Shown one piece after another: positions 29,118-38,896 of a stretch of DNA of 64,000 nucleotides (within the stretch, counting starts at the first letter, position 1; each line of letters starts with the position of its first letter). The notes beneath the pieces were generated by a model, which was given only the letters and a program-made list of their open reading frames with translations, was not told the origin of the DNA and did not search any database. Origin of the DNA: Nitrososphaerota archaeon. Lineage in GTDB: Archaea; Thermoproteota; EX4484-205; JAAOZP01. The stretch is taken from NCBI GenBank assembly GCA_011605725.1, contig JAAOZP010000009.1, forward strand, positions 11,228-75,227, read 5' to 3'. The translations under genes and the position numbers were made by a program.

Positions 29118-29606
29118 TTAAAGCTTAGCCTGGCCTTCTTCAACAACCCTTACGCTGTCCATTTTAAGCGTTATTGGAAACGGGGCCACTGCACCGTCAA
29201 GCTCCACTGTAACCTCGTTCCTCTCAGGATTGACTTCTAAAACCCTTGCGCGGTTCTTTTTAAGCAGGCCTCCGACTATTTCAACAATATCTCCAACTTT
29301 AATCTCGGTGGCGACTGGTTTCTCCTCAAAATACTTTCTAAGATCGTTAATGCTTAAACTGCCCTGAACCCTTCTTTTAACATGCTTAATATCCCTTATC
29401 GCCTCCTCAACCGGAAAGGGGGAGTCGGCCTCGATGTAAATATAGCCCTTTAAACCAGGCAGCACTATTACGGAGTGAATCGGAAGACCCTCAGCTTCAC
29501 ACCTGTTCTTGATCATGAGGGCTGAAGACATTTCTTGGCCTATGGAGGTCCTCACGAGGAAAAACTTCGGCTCAGCAGTCTTATCCCTGCTCATCCTGTT
29601 CAGCAA
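29118..29606 (-). CDS. spt5: Transcription elongation factor Spt5 (NusG)
   Basis: NGN domain plus a KOW motif, KVGDIVEIVGGLLKKNRARV. Upstream of rpl11, as usual. Confidence 0.85.
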   Translation of the reverse strand: MLNRMSRDKTAEPKFFLVRTSIGQEMSSALMIKNRCEAEGLPIHSVIVLPGLKGYIYIEADSPFPVEEAIRDIKHVKRRVQGSLSINDLRKYFEEKPVATEIKVGDIVEIVGGLLKKNRARVLEVNPERNEVTVELDGAVAPFPITLKMDSVRVVEEGQAKL

Positions 29607-29610
29607 CCCC

Positions 29611-29796
29611 TTATCTGAGTTTCACACCCGTTAGCTGAAGGAGTGAGGCAACAATGTGTACAACGAAAGCCATTCCCCCGACTACGAGGATTCCGATTAA
29701 GAAGATCTTTAGTGATAGCTTCAGCTCTGACCCGTCGGGTTTCTCGCTGAGCTTCAACACTCTAATTATGGTTCTAACCCTGTCTGTAAGACCCAT
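29611..29796 (-). CDS. secE: Protein translocase subunit SecE (Sec61 gamma)
   Basis: Single C-terminal TM helix, IFLIGILVVGGMAFVVHIV. The ORF is open to 29850, but the internal Met gives the usual ~60 aa size. Confidence 0.7.
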   Translation of the reverse strand: MGLTDRVRTIIRVLKLSEKPDGSELKLSLKIFLIGILVVGGMAFVVHIVASLLQLTGVKLR

Positions 29797-29842
29797 ACCC
29801 GGTTTCCAACTGGAAAACAGGAATATATTCTTTTCCCCCGGA

Positions 29843-30751
29843 TTAGACAAGCATCATTAGGCTGTTAACGTATTCCTTAGGGTTGAACCTTTTAAGATCA
29901 GAGTATTTCTGCCCAGTTCCCACGTATATGACTGGCTTCTTGGATGTGAAGGATACTGAGAGCGCTGCTCCCCCCTTAACGTCAGCGTCGAACTTGGCCA
30001 GTATTACCGCGTCGAAGCCGACATGACTGTTGAAGTCGGCAGCCTGGTTCCAAGCATCGTTCCCAGTTAACGCGTCTACTACAAGTATCGTGTACGAGGG
30101 TTCAACAACCCTCTTAATCTTTCTAAGCTCATCCATGAGGTTTACGTCAGTATGCATTCTTCCAGCCGTGTCTATAAGGACAGCATCTATCCCCCTTCTT
30201 AAGGCTTGTTGAACTGCTTCGAAGCCTACGCTCGCAGGGTCTGAACCATACTCTTTAAAAACCATCGGCAGCCCAAGCGCCTTAGCATGCTGACCGAGTT
30301 GCTCCACAGCTCCAGCTCTGAAAGTGTCGCTGCAAGCCAGAAGGACGCTTAAACCATTCTCTTTAAACATGTGTGCAACCTTGGCTATTGTCGTTGTTTT
30401 CCCAACACCATTGACACCTATGAAAAGAAGCTTAAAGGGCTTCGGTGATCTCCGGGCTTCCTCGACAAGGTCGATTTGAGAATTGCCCAACGTTTTCAGG
30501 AGGAAGAGCGTCAACTCTTGTTCTACAAGCTTCTTCACAGCATCCCTGTCGAAAATAGGGGTTCTCCGCCCTTCAAGGGTTTCAGCAATAGTCTTCTTCA
30601 ACTCGTCGACAAGCGGGAGAGCCACGTCGCAGAGCACTAGTTTAAGCCCATAATCGTCAAGAACCTCTTCAATCTTCTCCCGGCTGAGCGGTCTTGTTGA
30701 AACAGCTTCCACGAGGGATTTGAAAAGCTCGCCTACCTTCATAAGGAGCAC
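29843..30751 (-). CDS. ftsY: Signal recognition particle receptor FtsY
   Basis: SRP GTPase motifs LLFIGVNGVGKTTTIAK, DTFRAGA and ILVVDALTGNDA. Confidence 0.9.
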   Translation of the reverse strand: MLLMKVGELFKSLVEAVSTRPLSREKIEEVLDDYGLKLVLCDVALPLVDELKKTIAETLEGRRTPIFDRDAVKKLVEQELTLFLLKTLGNSQIDLVEEARRSPKPFKLLFIGVNGVGKTTTIAKVAHMFKENGLSVLLACSDTFRAGAVEQLGQHAKALGLPMVFKEYGSDPASVGFEAVQQALRRGIDAVLIDTAGRMHTDVNLMDELRKIKRVVEPSYTILVVDALTGNDAWNQAADFNSHVGFDAVILAKFDADVKGGAALSVSFTSKKPVIYVGTGQKYSDLKRFNPKEYVNSLMMLV

Positions 30752-31167
30752 TATTTCTTAAGCTTCTCGTAGAGCAGTTGAATCCTGCTCCTGCTCTCTT
30801 CTATCTTAGCCTGAAGACTACTCATCTGGGTCTCTATGGATCCACGCGCATCATTAAGCTCGCTTAACCTTTTTTCAACCATTTTAAGAGTCTCCTCCAG
30901 GCTTCTCTCAATAAGTATTCCCGATCCGGTGTTAACGAGAAACCTGTTAGTATCTTTCAAAACTGCTTTACCGTAGACTCCTCCACCTATGTCTAGAAAA
31001 AGCTCAACACCTTCACCGGCTTTAGAAATCTCCTCGAGAGCGGATTTAGAAACCTGAAGGTCGTTTATAGATGCTACTACAAGCTGGTATCTTGACCTAA
31101 GCTCCTCCATGATTGTTTCGAATGATCTGAGCTCCGTTATGGCTTTCCTAAGCTCCTCCTCGCTCAT
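30751..31167 (-). CDS. pfdA: Prefoldin subunit alpha
   Basis: 138-aa coiled-coil protein in the conserved rplX-pfdA-ftsY arrangement. Confidence 0.75.
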   Translation of the reverse strand: MSEEELRKAITELRSFETIMEELRSRYQLVVASINDLQVSKSALEEISKAGEGVELFLDIGGGVYGKAVLKDTNRFLVNTGSGILIERSLEETLKMVEKRLSELNDARGSIETQMSSLQAKIEESRSRIQLLYEKLKK

Positions 31168-31354
31168 CGGTTTCAGTCTTAACCTCCTCTAGGCTGAGTA
31201 TTTTAATATTCTCCCTTTTAACACGGTGTCTACTCCCTATCAGAGAGTAGGCCTTCTCAAGAGCGGTCTTCTCCTTAGAAGCATCCACGCTTATGAAGAA
31301 AGGGATCTCCCTCAAAGGTTTTCGAAATGCTCCTTTAACTTTGAACACTGGCAT
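31148..31354 (-). CDS. rplX: 50S ribosomal protein LX (eL20/L18Ae)
   Basis: MPVFKVKGAFRKPLREIPF fits the LX N-terminus. Conserved position upstream of pfdA. Confidence 0.7.
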   Translation of the reverse strand: MPVFKVKGAFRKPLREIPFFISVDASKEKTALEKAYSLIGSRHRVKRENIKILSLEEVKTETDERGGA

Positions 31355-31378
31355 GCCTGAGCCTGGAGACGGGGCTTA

Positions 31379-32047
31379 TTAAAAATTTTTCAGCGCCAGC
31401 GATATGCTCATAAGCTCAGCCCCGGTTGTAGACTCTCCCACAAGCACCCCATACGGGCTTGCGAGCATGCCGAGCCTTATGAAAGCCAGCCCGTCGTTCA
31501 CCGACACTGTGTAAACCCTGAGCTTTAAAACGTCTTCTAGAAGCTTCTTCTCTCTGTCTGACAGTATCTTGGAGGCGAAGCACAGTTCCTCTCCAGGCAC
31601 TGCAAGAGCCCCTATAGCGACATAGTTGGCAAGTCTTGCGAAATCATAGTCGACCCCAAGGAAGTCAGCTATCGCTCTGGCCTCATTCGCGGGGACTCTC
31701 GTCGAGAAAAGCGCTCCCTTATTCGAGAGAATCATCATGTTTCCCCATGCTTTAAGCCTGCTTTCAACCCTCATGATCTCCTTACCAAGCGTCTCCAGCT
31801 CTCTTAGCTCCTCATCCTCAACAGTGTCCGGGGCGATTATGAAGCTCGAGTTCACCGCTATCATCGATGAAACGGCATGAACACCACCTATGTTTGTCAC
31901 CGCTATCGAGCCGACTTTTAGAAAATCCCTAAGCCTCTTTAGGAAGCCCTGCGGAGCATTCTTGTTAACTACAGCATTAACTCCAAAGACCTTCGAGTAG
32001 GCCCCTATGAAGGGTGTTTTCCAGATTGATGCTCTGGCTACTTCCAT
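31379..32047 (-). CDS. eif6: Translation initiation factor 6 (aIF6)
   Basis: 222 aa with pentameric-repeat-like sequence and FIGAYSKVFGV. Conserved position between rpl31e and rplX. Confidence 0.8.
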   Translation of the reverse strand: MEVARASIWKTPFIGAYSKVFGVNAVVNKNAPQGFLKRLRDFLKVGSIAVTNIGGVHAVSSMIAVNSSFIIAPDTVEDEELRELETLGKEIMRVESRLKAWGNMMILSNKGALFSTRVPANEARAIADFLGVDYDFARLANYVAIGALAVPGEELCFASKILSDREKKLLEDVLKLRVYTVSVNDGLAFIRLGMLASPYGVLVGESTTGAELMSISLALKNF

Positions 32048-32050
32048 GAC

Positions 32051-32320
32051 TTATCGCTGCTCTGAAGCGGGGAGCCTTAGAACAACCTCATCCTCTTCAA
32101 CGACCGCGAGAACTCTCATACGACTCTTCAAAACTTTCCCAAGGTTGGAGTGAATATACTCGTTCAAATCATTCCCAATAACTATTCTCTTACCTTTAAA
32201 AGCCTTTGAAGCCTTCTCCCTGAGCTTGCGGATTGCTACTTCACGCCTATCCGGAAAAGGCGCATTCTTAACCCTTGAAAGATTTATTGAAAGAATGGTC
32301 TCCTGAGTCTTACTGCTCAT
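32051..32320 (-). CDS. rpl31e: 50S ribosomal protein L31e
   Basis: The 89-aa sequence fits eL31. Confidence 0.85.
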   Translation of the reverse strand: MSSKTQETILSINLSRVKNAPFPDRREVAIRKLREKASKAFKGKRIVIGNDLNEYIHSNLGKVLKSRMRVLAVVEEDEVVLRLPASEQR

Positions 32321-32331
32321 CTCAAACCACC

Positions 32332-32493
32332 TTAAAGCTTGATCCTGCTTCTTCTCCAGTTTCTCCAGCGATGTGTAAACCTTACTTTCCCACGTGTCTT
32401 AGCTATGACCCATGTTGGCACGGAGTAGGCTCTCTTCAACTCAGCCTGCAGGCGAAGCTTCTTGCCAACAGTCTTGCTCCTAGCCAGCTCCAC
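32332..32493 (-). CDS. rpl39e: 50S ribosomal protein L39e (53 aa, GTG start), absent from the ORF track
   Basis: Hand translation of the minus strand gives (M)ELARSKTVGKKLRLQAELKRAYSVPTWVIAKTRGKVRFTHRWRNWRRSRIKL*, a clear eL39 match. Its GTG directly follows the TGA of the upstream PDCD5-like gene. Confidence 0.8.
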   Translation of the reverse strand: MELARSKTVGKKLRLQAELKRAYSVPTWVIAKTRGKVRFTHRWRNWRRSRIKL

Positions 32494-32805
32494 TCACCTC
32501 AACCCTCTTTTCGAAGACAAGTATATTCTCTCCAGGATCTCCTTCAGATACTCGTCTTCAACCGGTATTTTAAGCTTGCCCTGCTGCGCTAAGGCTATAA
32601 GGTATTTCTCAACCTGCTCTGCAAGCTGTGGCTTAACCAGCCTTAGATTATTCAAACGGCTCCTCGCCTCAGGCGTGAAAACAATCCTGCTTAAAGTCTT
32701 TATGACCGTCTGCTCCTCTTGCCTACGCTTGCTTTCCTCAAGATCCTTCTCCATCTGTCTGCGCCGCTGTTCAAGTATTCTTGCAATCTCCTCGTCCTCA
32801 CTCAT
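32494..32805 (-). CDS. PDCD5-like dsDNA-binding protein
   Basis: FTPEARSRLNNLRLVKPQLAEQVEKYLIALAQQGKL matches the PDCD5 dsDNA-binding domain consensus. Conserved neighbour of rps19e and rpl39e. Confidence 0.8.
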   Translation of the reverse strand: MSEDEEIARILEQRRRQMEKDLEESKRRQEEQTVIKTLSRIVFTPEARSRLNNLRLVKPQLAEQVEKYLIALAQQGKLKIPVEDEYLKEILERIYLSSKRGLR

Positions 32806-32813
32806 TTTCCCAA

Positions 32814-33242
32814 CTACCCTTTTCCAGCAATCTCGCGGGACAGCTTGTCTAGGAGGGAAACACCCTTCGGCGTCAATCCCCTGCCCTTGTTCGACCTACT
32901 TACTAGACCTGCTGCCTCAAGCTGCTGAAGGATCCTTCTGATTATTGCTCCACCAGCCCTAACCTTATGCGCCCTCCTCATAGGGTATTTCTTCCTACCG
33001 CCGTACGCCTTTCTAAGTCTTGAAACACCCATCGGACCCTTCACGTAAAGCCTTCTAAGTATTGAGGCGGCTCTGACATACCACCAGTCTAAGCGATCCG
33101 GAGGCCTCTCCCGGTGGCTGCCCGTTTTAACGAAAAGAGCCCACCTAGGGGGACTTACCTCCTTAACGTTCTCACTAAGGTATTCTGCAATCCTCTCTAT
33201 CAGCATGTCAGCCGGAACCGCTTTAACATGTACAGCCTCCAA
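32814..33242 (-). CDS. rps19e: 30S ribosomal protein S19e
   Basis: The 142-aa sequence fits eS19 (WWYVRAASILRRLY). Confidence 0.9.
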   Translation of the reverse strand: MEAVHVKAVPADMLIERIAEYLSENVKEVSPPRWALFVKTGSHRERPPDRLDWWYVRAASILRRLYVKGPMGVSRLRKAYGGRKKYPMRRAHKVRAGGAIIRRILQQLEAAGLVSRSNKGRGLTPKGVSLLDKLSREIAGKG

Positions 33243-33304
33243 CAGTCTTCAGTCTCCGCTTAGAGGCAAAGGTTTTATAAGGTTTAGCGTGGGGAGGCCT
33301 ATGG

Positions 33305-33985
33305 ATGAAGAGTCTCGTATGCTTTTTCGACGCGAGCCTTGAGCTTGTTCCAAGAGAGCTAGCTGCCCATCCGCAGGTTGTTAAAAACGCTGCTAAAAAG
33401 GGGAAAAACCCGTTGGAAACGATGCTTGAAAAAAGCATCCATCATAAGGCGATTCTGAGGCTTGAAAACAGGGAGAAAAGAGGCAGGCCGGATATTCTGC
33501 ATACCTGTCTTAAAATAGTTTCAGACTCCCCCGTATATAGGGCTGGGAAGCTGAGGGTTGTGGTGCACACCGTAGGCGGGAAATGGATTGTTCCAATAGG
33601 GAGAATAAGGTTTCCAGTGACCTACGGGAACTTCATAGGGTTGATGGAAAAGCTTCTCTCAGAAGGCAGAATCCTAGACCCTAGTGGGAGAATCCTTATT
33701 GAAACAGTGTCGAAAAAGGATGCTTTAAGGGTTTTAGACGAATATCCTCGCAGGATACTCTTCACTCATGTTGGCAGGAGAGTTGAGGTTAGAGATTATG
33801 TTGAAAGCGTTTCAAAAGACGGTGTCCCAGCATGCTTTTTCATAGGTGCATACCCGAGGGGAAGACCCTCTGAAGAAATATGGAGCATGACTGGGGAGAA
33901 GATTTCAGTTTACGACGGGGTTTTAGCAGCCTGGACGGTGACAGCTTGGCTTACTTACGAGATATTCCGGCTAAATCCTTGCTAG
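33305..33985 (+). CDS. nep1: Ribosomal RNA small subunit methyltransferase Nep1 (EMG1, SPOUT)
   Basis: RGRPDILHTCLKIVSDSPV...VVVHTVGGKWIV follows the Nep1 family pattern. Confidence 0.8.
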   Translation: MKSLVCFFDASLELVPRELAAHPQVVKNAAKKGKNPLETMLEKSIHHKAILRLENREKRGRPDILHTCLKIVSDSPVYRAGKLRVVVHTVGGKWIVPIGRIRFPVTYGNFIGLMEKLLSEGRILDPSGRILIETVSKKDALRVLDEYPRRILFTHVGRRVEVRDYVESVSKDGVPACFFIGAYPRGRPSEEIWSMTGEKISVYDGVLAAWTVTAWLTYEIFRLNPC

Positions 33986-34392
33986 TATATGAAGACTCTT
34001 GACGCAATAACCCTGTCGTAAACCTCGTCCAACTCCCTTACTTCAGAGAATAATCCTGAAAGCTCGGCGATTCTCTGTGCTAAAAGATGGTAGCAAGCAT
34101 ATGCTTCTCCAGTCATAACGTAGTAGAAGAAATCCTTGCAGGAACAATACTTTACCAATGGGATAACAAGATACTCCTCCTCCCTGCCTACGATAATCCA
34201 CCTAACCCTGTTTGAGGGCTGCAGAACATACTTCTTCACTCTTTTTAAGGCTACTGTCCTTAATGCTTTCCTGCCTCTTTCGCCGAAAACGCTGATAATC
34301 TTCTCCTCACACTCGCGCGTCACACCCTGAGTCTTAAGAGTAATTGCTATTTCCTCAGGTATGCTGTCAGCGTTATCCTTATCTTTAATCAT
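33982..34392 (-). CDS. SWIM-type zinc-finger protein
   Basis: CSCKDFFYYVMTGEAYACYH follows the SWIM pattern CxCx(n)CxH. Confidence 0.5.
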   Translation of the reverse strand: MIKDKDNADSIPEEIAITLKTQGVTRECEEKIISVFGERGRKALRTVALKRVKKYVLQPSNRVRWIIVGREEEYLVIPLVKYCSCKDFFYYVMTGEAYACYHLLAQRIAELSGLFSEVRELDEVYDRVIASRVFIY

Positions 34393-34409
34393 CCTCTCAT
34401 TACCTAGGC

Positions 34410-35156
34410 TTGAACACGCAGACAGGATTTAAGCTTATTAAAGGGGAGCCGGCGCTGCTAGCTGGAGAAACACTCGTTATCGCAGACACACACATAGGTT
34501 ACGAGGGTGAGATACGGCTTAAGGGGATTAAGCTTCCAAGCCTAACCAGGAGCATCCTTACGCGTATTCTAAACCTGGCTGAGAAAACATCTGCTACAAG
34601 ACTGCTGATCCTTGGAGACTTGAAACACACTGTCTACGGGCCCAGGGGGCTCGAGTGGATGGAGATCCCGGAGTTCATGCGGAGAATCGCCACCAGGTTT
34701 GAATGGGTTGGTGTCGTTCCTGGAAATCACGACGGGGATCTTTACACCGTCCTGCCTGAGGAAGTTGAGCTAATGGATTCTGACGGAGTCCTGCTCAACG
34801 GGATTCTCTTCACGCATGGTCATAAGAGGATTGATAATGTTCTCGACAAGAAAGGTTGGAGCAATGTTAGGAAAATTGTAGTTGGACATTTCCACCCGGC
34901 TGTAGAGCTTCTCGACGACCTAGGATACAGATACGTGATTCCGGTCTGGATTAGGGGTTTACTGAAGAACAGTGTTGAAATATTTTTTATGCCGGCTTTC
35001 AACAAGAACATTGGGAAACTTATAGTTAACAATCCTGAGAGAATGTCTGATGAGTTAAAAGGTTTCTTAAAAACAGGTTCAATTAATCTTAAAGAGGCTG
35101 AGGCATACAGCCTTGACCTAGTCCTCATAGGGAGAATCGGTGAAATAGAGACATAA
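34410..35156 (+). CDS. Metallophosphoesterase (ICC-like phosphoesterase, COG1407 type)
   Basis: Calcineurin-like motifs IADTHIG, ILGDLKH and GNHD. Confidence 0.75.
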   Translation: MNTQTGFKLIKGEPALLAGETLVIADTHIGYEGEIRLKGIKLPSLTRSILTRILNLAEKTSATRLLILGDLKHTVYGPRGLEWMEIPEFMRRIATRFEWVGVVPGNHDGDLYTVLPEEVELMDSDGVLLNGILFTHGHKRIDNVLDKKGWSNVRKIVVGHFHPAVELLDDLGYRYVIPVWIRGLLKNSVEIFFMPAFNKNIGKLIVNNPERMSDELKGFLKTGSINLKEAEAYSLDLVLIGRIGEIET

Positions 35157-35289
35157 ATATACGCGTCGGTTTTCCTTCTAGAGTAGGATCCTGCTGTCTA
35201 GCGCGCTGTTTTCACAGTATTCTTTCGAAAACGTTGAATACTTTAATACTGTTGAGAAAAACTTATATCAAGACTTTAAACATAATCCT

Positions 35290-36309
35290 GTGAGTTTGAA
35301 TACTCGGATCCAGAAAATAGTGTTTATAATGGGTCTAATACTATTCTCAACGGGGGTCTTTATTACGATGGGTATTCCGGAGGACGCCGGCTGGAAGCAT
35401 AGGAGCAAAACATTGATTGAAGGAAAAACTATAAGTGTTTCAGCTGGATGGAAATCTGACAGCAGGAAACTCATCGAAGAGGTTCTAAAAGTTGAAGCCC
35501 CTCTGAAATACGATGTATGTTGGGGAGCCACGCCGCTCTTCTTCGGAGAGGAAAAAGACTTCATGATAACTGGGGGGGCAGTTGAGCAATCATCTCCTAG
35601 AAAGCCTTTCAACCTATATGTTCTCGACCGTGTAAACCTCAACCTGTGGGAAGCAGGATTACCCTACAGGGCTTACTACGAGGAGAAGGGTAAGACTTCA
35701 GTCAACTTCACCTTCACAATAGCATCGAAGGAAAATTTGCCTGACGCAATCTATTTTATCGTGGAGGAGCATGATCCAGGAGTAGAGCCAATAGTCCTTG
35801 TCAGCTCGACGATCAGCTGGACCGAGAAATCTTCGAAAACAGATTGCACTGGATACGTAGCGTTCACGCCTCAGGTTTTAATCGGAGAGGCTAAGGATTT
35901 CATGCTTAAGGGTAACGCTACAGAGGAGAACGGAAACAGGTTCAACTTCTACGTTATGGAGTATTCTAACTATTGGGAATGGCTTGCAGGTAAAAACTAT
36001 ACGGCCATGCTTGAGCGGGAGGACGTGAACTTTTTAAGCTTCAACATTTCGCTTGCAGAAGATCAAGTGAGCCCGGCGTTCAGCGTGTGTTTTGTTGTTG
36101 AAAATACCTTAAAAGATGTGGATGAAAAAATCATTATTAATGCGACGTTAGAATGGCAGGAGAAAACAACTGTTTCACCAGTCCCCGGTGGAAAAATAAT
36201 TGGCATCATCATGGCAAGCATGGGCCTTATCATGATAGTTACTGGAATTGCTCCGGTAGTATTTAAACATGGAGGAAATCTCTTCGACAACATGGGAAAT
36301 AATGTATAG
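35290..36309 (+). CDS. Membrane-anchored protein with two tandemly duplicated extracytoplasmic domains (unknown family)
   Basis: N-terminal TM (IVFIMGLILFSTGVFITMGI) and C-terminal TM (IIGIIMASMGLIMIVTGIAPVVF). Two homologous internal repeats of about 125 aa (GEEKDFMITGGAVEQS...FNLYVLD versus GEAKDFMLKGNATEENGNRFNFYVMEY). AT-rich region. Confidence 0.6.
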   Translation: MSLNTRIQKIVFIMGLILFSTGVFITMGIPEDAGWKHRSKTLIEGKTISVSAGWKSDSRKLIEEVLKVEAPLKYDVCWGATPLFFGEEKDFMITGGAVEQSSPRKPFNLYVLDRVNLNLWEAGLPYRAYYEEKGKTSVNFTFTIASKENLPDAIYFIVEEHDPGVEPIVLVSSTISWTEKSSKTDCTGYVAFTPQVLIGEAKDFMLKGNATEENGNRFNFYVMEYSNYWEWLAGKNYTAMLEREDVNFLSFNISLAEDQVSPAFSVCFVVENTLKDVDEKIIINATLEWQEKTTVSPVPGGKIIGIIMASMGLIMIVTGIAPVVFKHGGNLFDNMGNNV

Positions 36310-36581
36310 AATAGGCCCATGAAAGCATGAGAGAAGAGCATGTGTAGAGTTGGGTTCACGCGATTTAGCTACGTGACGTGTTTATGATACGTATTGATAC
36401 CAGTAGAAAAGCGCGGCGCTTAAACCGGTTTTCTTAAAGTACGTGTTTCCTACTGGTTTAGACTTGATCCTTGAAGCATTAGAATGTTCAAAAGCTGTTT
36501 ACGCGCACATTTAGATGGTAACACTTGACTGGTTGGTCGTTGAAGTTTTAAAAATGTTCTCGTAAGGTTTAAAAGCTAAAA

Positions 36582-37583
36582 ATGTTTTTCAATTTCATGA
36601 AAAACGGGGTCGTTTTCTCCACGGCCTTGGACGACAATTTCTTAGAGGTTTTAAGCGGGGAAATGCCTTTTAAAAACGAGGTTGTTGCGATAAAGCTCCA
36701 CATGGGTGAGCCCAGGAATAGGAACCATTTGAAGGCCGAGGAGGTTAAGAGGTTTGTCGATTTGTTGAAGCGAATGGGCTGCAAGCCATTTCTTTTCGAC
36801 ACGACTGTTTCTTATGCTGGCAAGAGGAATAGTGTGGAGGGCTATTTTGAAGTAGCTGCTGTAAACGGCTTCACAGATGCTTTCATGGAGTGTCCAATAG
36901 TGATCGGCGATGAAGAGCATGAAGCGGTGAAAGGCAGGCTTGAATACCGGGTTGCTAAGAAACTTTGCGGTGTCTCCGTCCTAGTCTTGACTCATGTTAA
37001 GGGTCATCCCTGTTCCGGCATAGGTGCTGCTATAAAGAACTTGGGAATGGGAGCAATGACCAAGAAAACTAAGTCAGAAATCCATGAAGGCGGTAAACCA
37101 GTCTACGTCGGGGGCTGCGAGGTTTGCGGCGTCTGTGTCGAGAACTGTCCTATAGGTGTTATGAAGCTTGACGAAGATGAGAAAAGGCCGAAACCCTCTT
37201 TAACAGACTGCTTAGGATGCTCTAACTGTACGATAGTTTGTCCCAGAGGAGCCTTGAAGCCGCGAGTAGCTGCTTTTGACTTTCTGCTGGCGGAGGCCGC
37301 TAAGGCAGCGATTTCAAAATTTAAGAAGGTTTATTTCGTGAATTTTCTACAAAGGATGACGAGGTTTTGCGATTGTTTCGACGAGCCGTTGGAGCCAGTT
37401 ATCGCTGACATAGGTATTCTCGCAGGCGGCGATATTCTTGCTGTTGAGAAAGCGACTCACGATTTAATTGTTAAAAAGGAAGGCAGAGATGTTTTCAAGG
37501 AGTTGAACAAGAAGTCTTTTAGAGAACAGTTGAAGGCTGCAGAACAAGTTTTCCTTGGTAAGCGAAATGATGGAGAAACTTAA
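36582..37583 (+). CDS. DUF362-domain iron-sulfur protein with 2x[4Fe-4S] ferredoxin motif
   Basis: CEVCGVCVENCP and CLGCSNCTIVCP ferredoxin-type cysteine clusters within a DUF362-like frame. Confidence 0.65.
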   Translation: MFFNFMKNGVVFSTALDDNFLEVLSGEMPFKNEVVAIKLHMGEPRNRNHLKAEEVKRFVDLLKRMGCKPFLFDTTVSYAGKRNSVEGYFEVAAVNGFTDAFMECPIVIGDEEHEAVKGRLEYRVAKKLCGVSVLVLTHVKGHPCSGIGAAIKNLGMGAMTKKTKSEIHEGGKPVYVGGCEVCGVCVENCPIGVMKLDEDEKRPKPSLTDCLGCSNCTIVCPRGALKPRVAAFDFLLAEAAKAAISKFKKVYFVNFLQRMTRFCDCFDEPLEPVIADIGILAGGDILAVEKATHDLIVKKEGRDVFKELNKKSFREQLKAAEQVFLGKRNDGET

Positions 37584-37597
37584 TACTAATGATTTTC

Positions 37598-38386
37598 TTA
37601 ATAGAAGTACTCCGGCTTCTTCCTTCCCTCAGTTAATTCATACTGCCTAGCTGCCTCCTCCATCAGCCTGTCGAAGTCCCTACTGGTCTTTTCAATATCT
37701 TTAAGGTCAAGGTCTATTTTTAACATTTTAACCAGCTTCTCGAGAATAGCGTGAATACTTCTAGGATATATGTTGGCAAAGGGTGGAGCATGTCCCCATA
37801 GGCTTATAGCATCAATGCTTTTTCTCTGACAGGCGAGCACGAGAAGCGAGTGGATGCCTACTGGTGCGGGCTGCCTACTGCTTCCATACGTCACATATCC
37901 TACTCTGTATTCTTTCAACTCGTCTTTTAACCTGGGGTTTCCAACTACCGCCTCCACCGTCTGCTCTTCATGTGAAATTTCTGGAGTAACTACTCCGCCG
38001 ATTATGTACATTCTCCTCACCCTGCAAAAACTTGCTAAATCAACTATTTCCTCAGCGTATTCGTTAGGCTTGAAATTAGGCTCGTCGGCAAGCAGAAGCA
38101 TCAAATCGTTTCCTCCAGCCGTATTCTTACAGTAGAATAACTCTGTGGAAGGCCATTCTATCCTTCTTATAATACCCTCTTCAATCCATCCTAATGGCCG
38201 AGAGTTTTGAAGAATGTAGAAATCGTCCGGAACCATTTCGCCGAACTTTCTTGCCCCCAGCTTCCTTACTAGGTAGCTTACACTTCCGCTTGAAATTCTT
38301 CCAGCATCAGCCCAACCTCTAAACCCGAGTATGAACATTGGTTCTGTAAGTATAGGCTGCTCGTAAATATTGAATCTCCCCCTCAT
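37598..38386 (-). CDS. PAC2-family protein (proteasome assembly chaperone-like, COG1938)
   Basis: FILGFRGWADAGRIS... pattern near the N-terminus. The ORF is open to 38500, but the internal Met matches the family size. Confidence 0.55.
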   Translation of the reverse strand: MRGRFNIYEQPILTEPMFILGFRGWADAGRISSGSVSYLVRKLGARKFGEMVPDDFYILQNSRPLGWIEEGIIRRIEWPSTELFYCKNTAGGNDLMLLLADEPNFKPNEYAEEIVDLASFCRVRRMYIIGGVVTPEISHEEQTVEAVVGNPRLKDELKEYRVGYVTYGSSRQPAPVGIHSLLVLACQRKSIDAISLWGHAPPFANIYPRSIHAILEKLVKMLKIDLDLKDIEKTSRDFDRLMEEAARQYELTEGRKKPEYFY

Positions 38387-38896
38387 TCTATCTCCTAAGG
38401 TTTTGAACCCGTGGGAGGATTTAAACCTATTAAGCGAGCGACCAGCGCGGGGACTGCAAAATGACGTCGACGACGTGTCTTCTCCAACCCTCATTAACAC
38501 CGTTTTCCTTTCAATATTCGAGCAGAAGCGCTTGGTCTCTCATTCCAGCAGCAGATATTGTTATTCATCCCCATACATGGGCATGCCTAAATTATTAGTA
38601 GAACTCTGGCTATCTTACCCTCAGGTATTCCCACCCCCTGGCCGCTTCCTTCTCCCTCGTTAAAAATCGTTACCCACACCGGAGAGTTACGCAGTGTTCA
38701 AGGTGCGCGGGCTATCTCCACTAGCCTTAAATTCCAAGAGTCTAAGTCCTTCTGCCACGCCTGTCGTTAGGTCTGTTTAACGTCAACGGGTGTAAATCCA
38801 TGGGGGCGTGCTTCTCAATTACAGAACGTAAGTCCTTCCAGGGAAAAATGGCTGGGTAAAACGTCTTCCCTCGGATTTTTCCACGATGGCTTCAGG

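Noticed and set aside
38395-38500. tRNA-like GGTTTTGAACC / GGATTTAAACC segments upstream of the PAC2 gene
   Set aside because: I could not fold a cloverleaf on either strand. The region also lies inside the extended PAC2 ORF.
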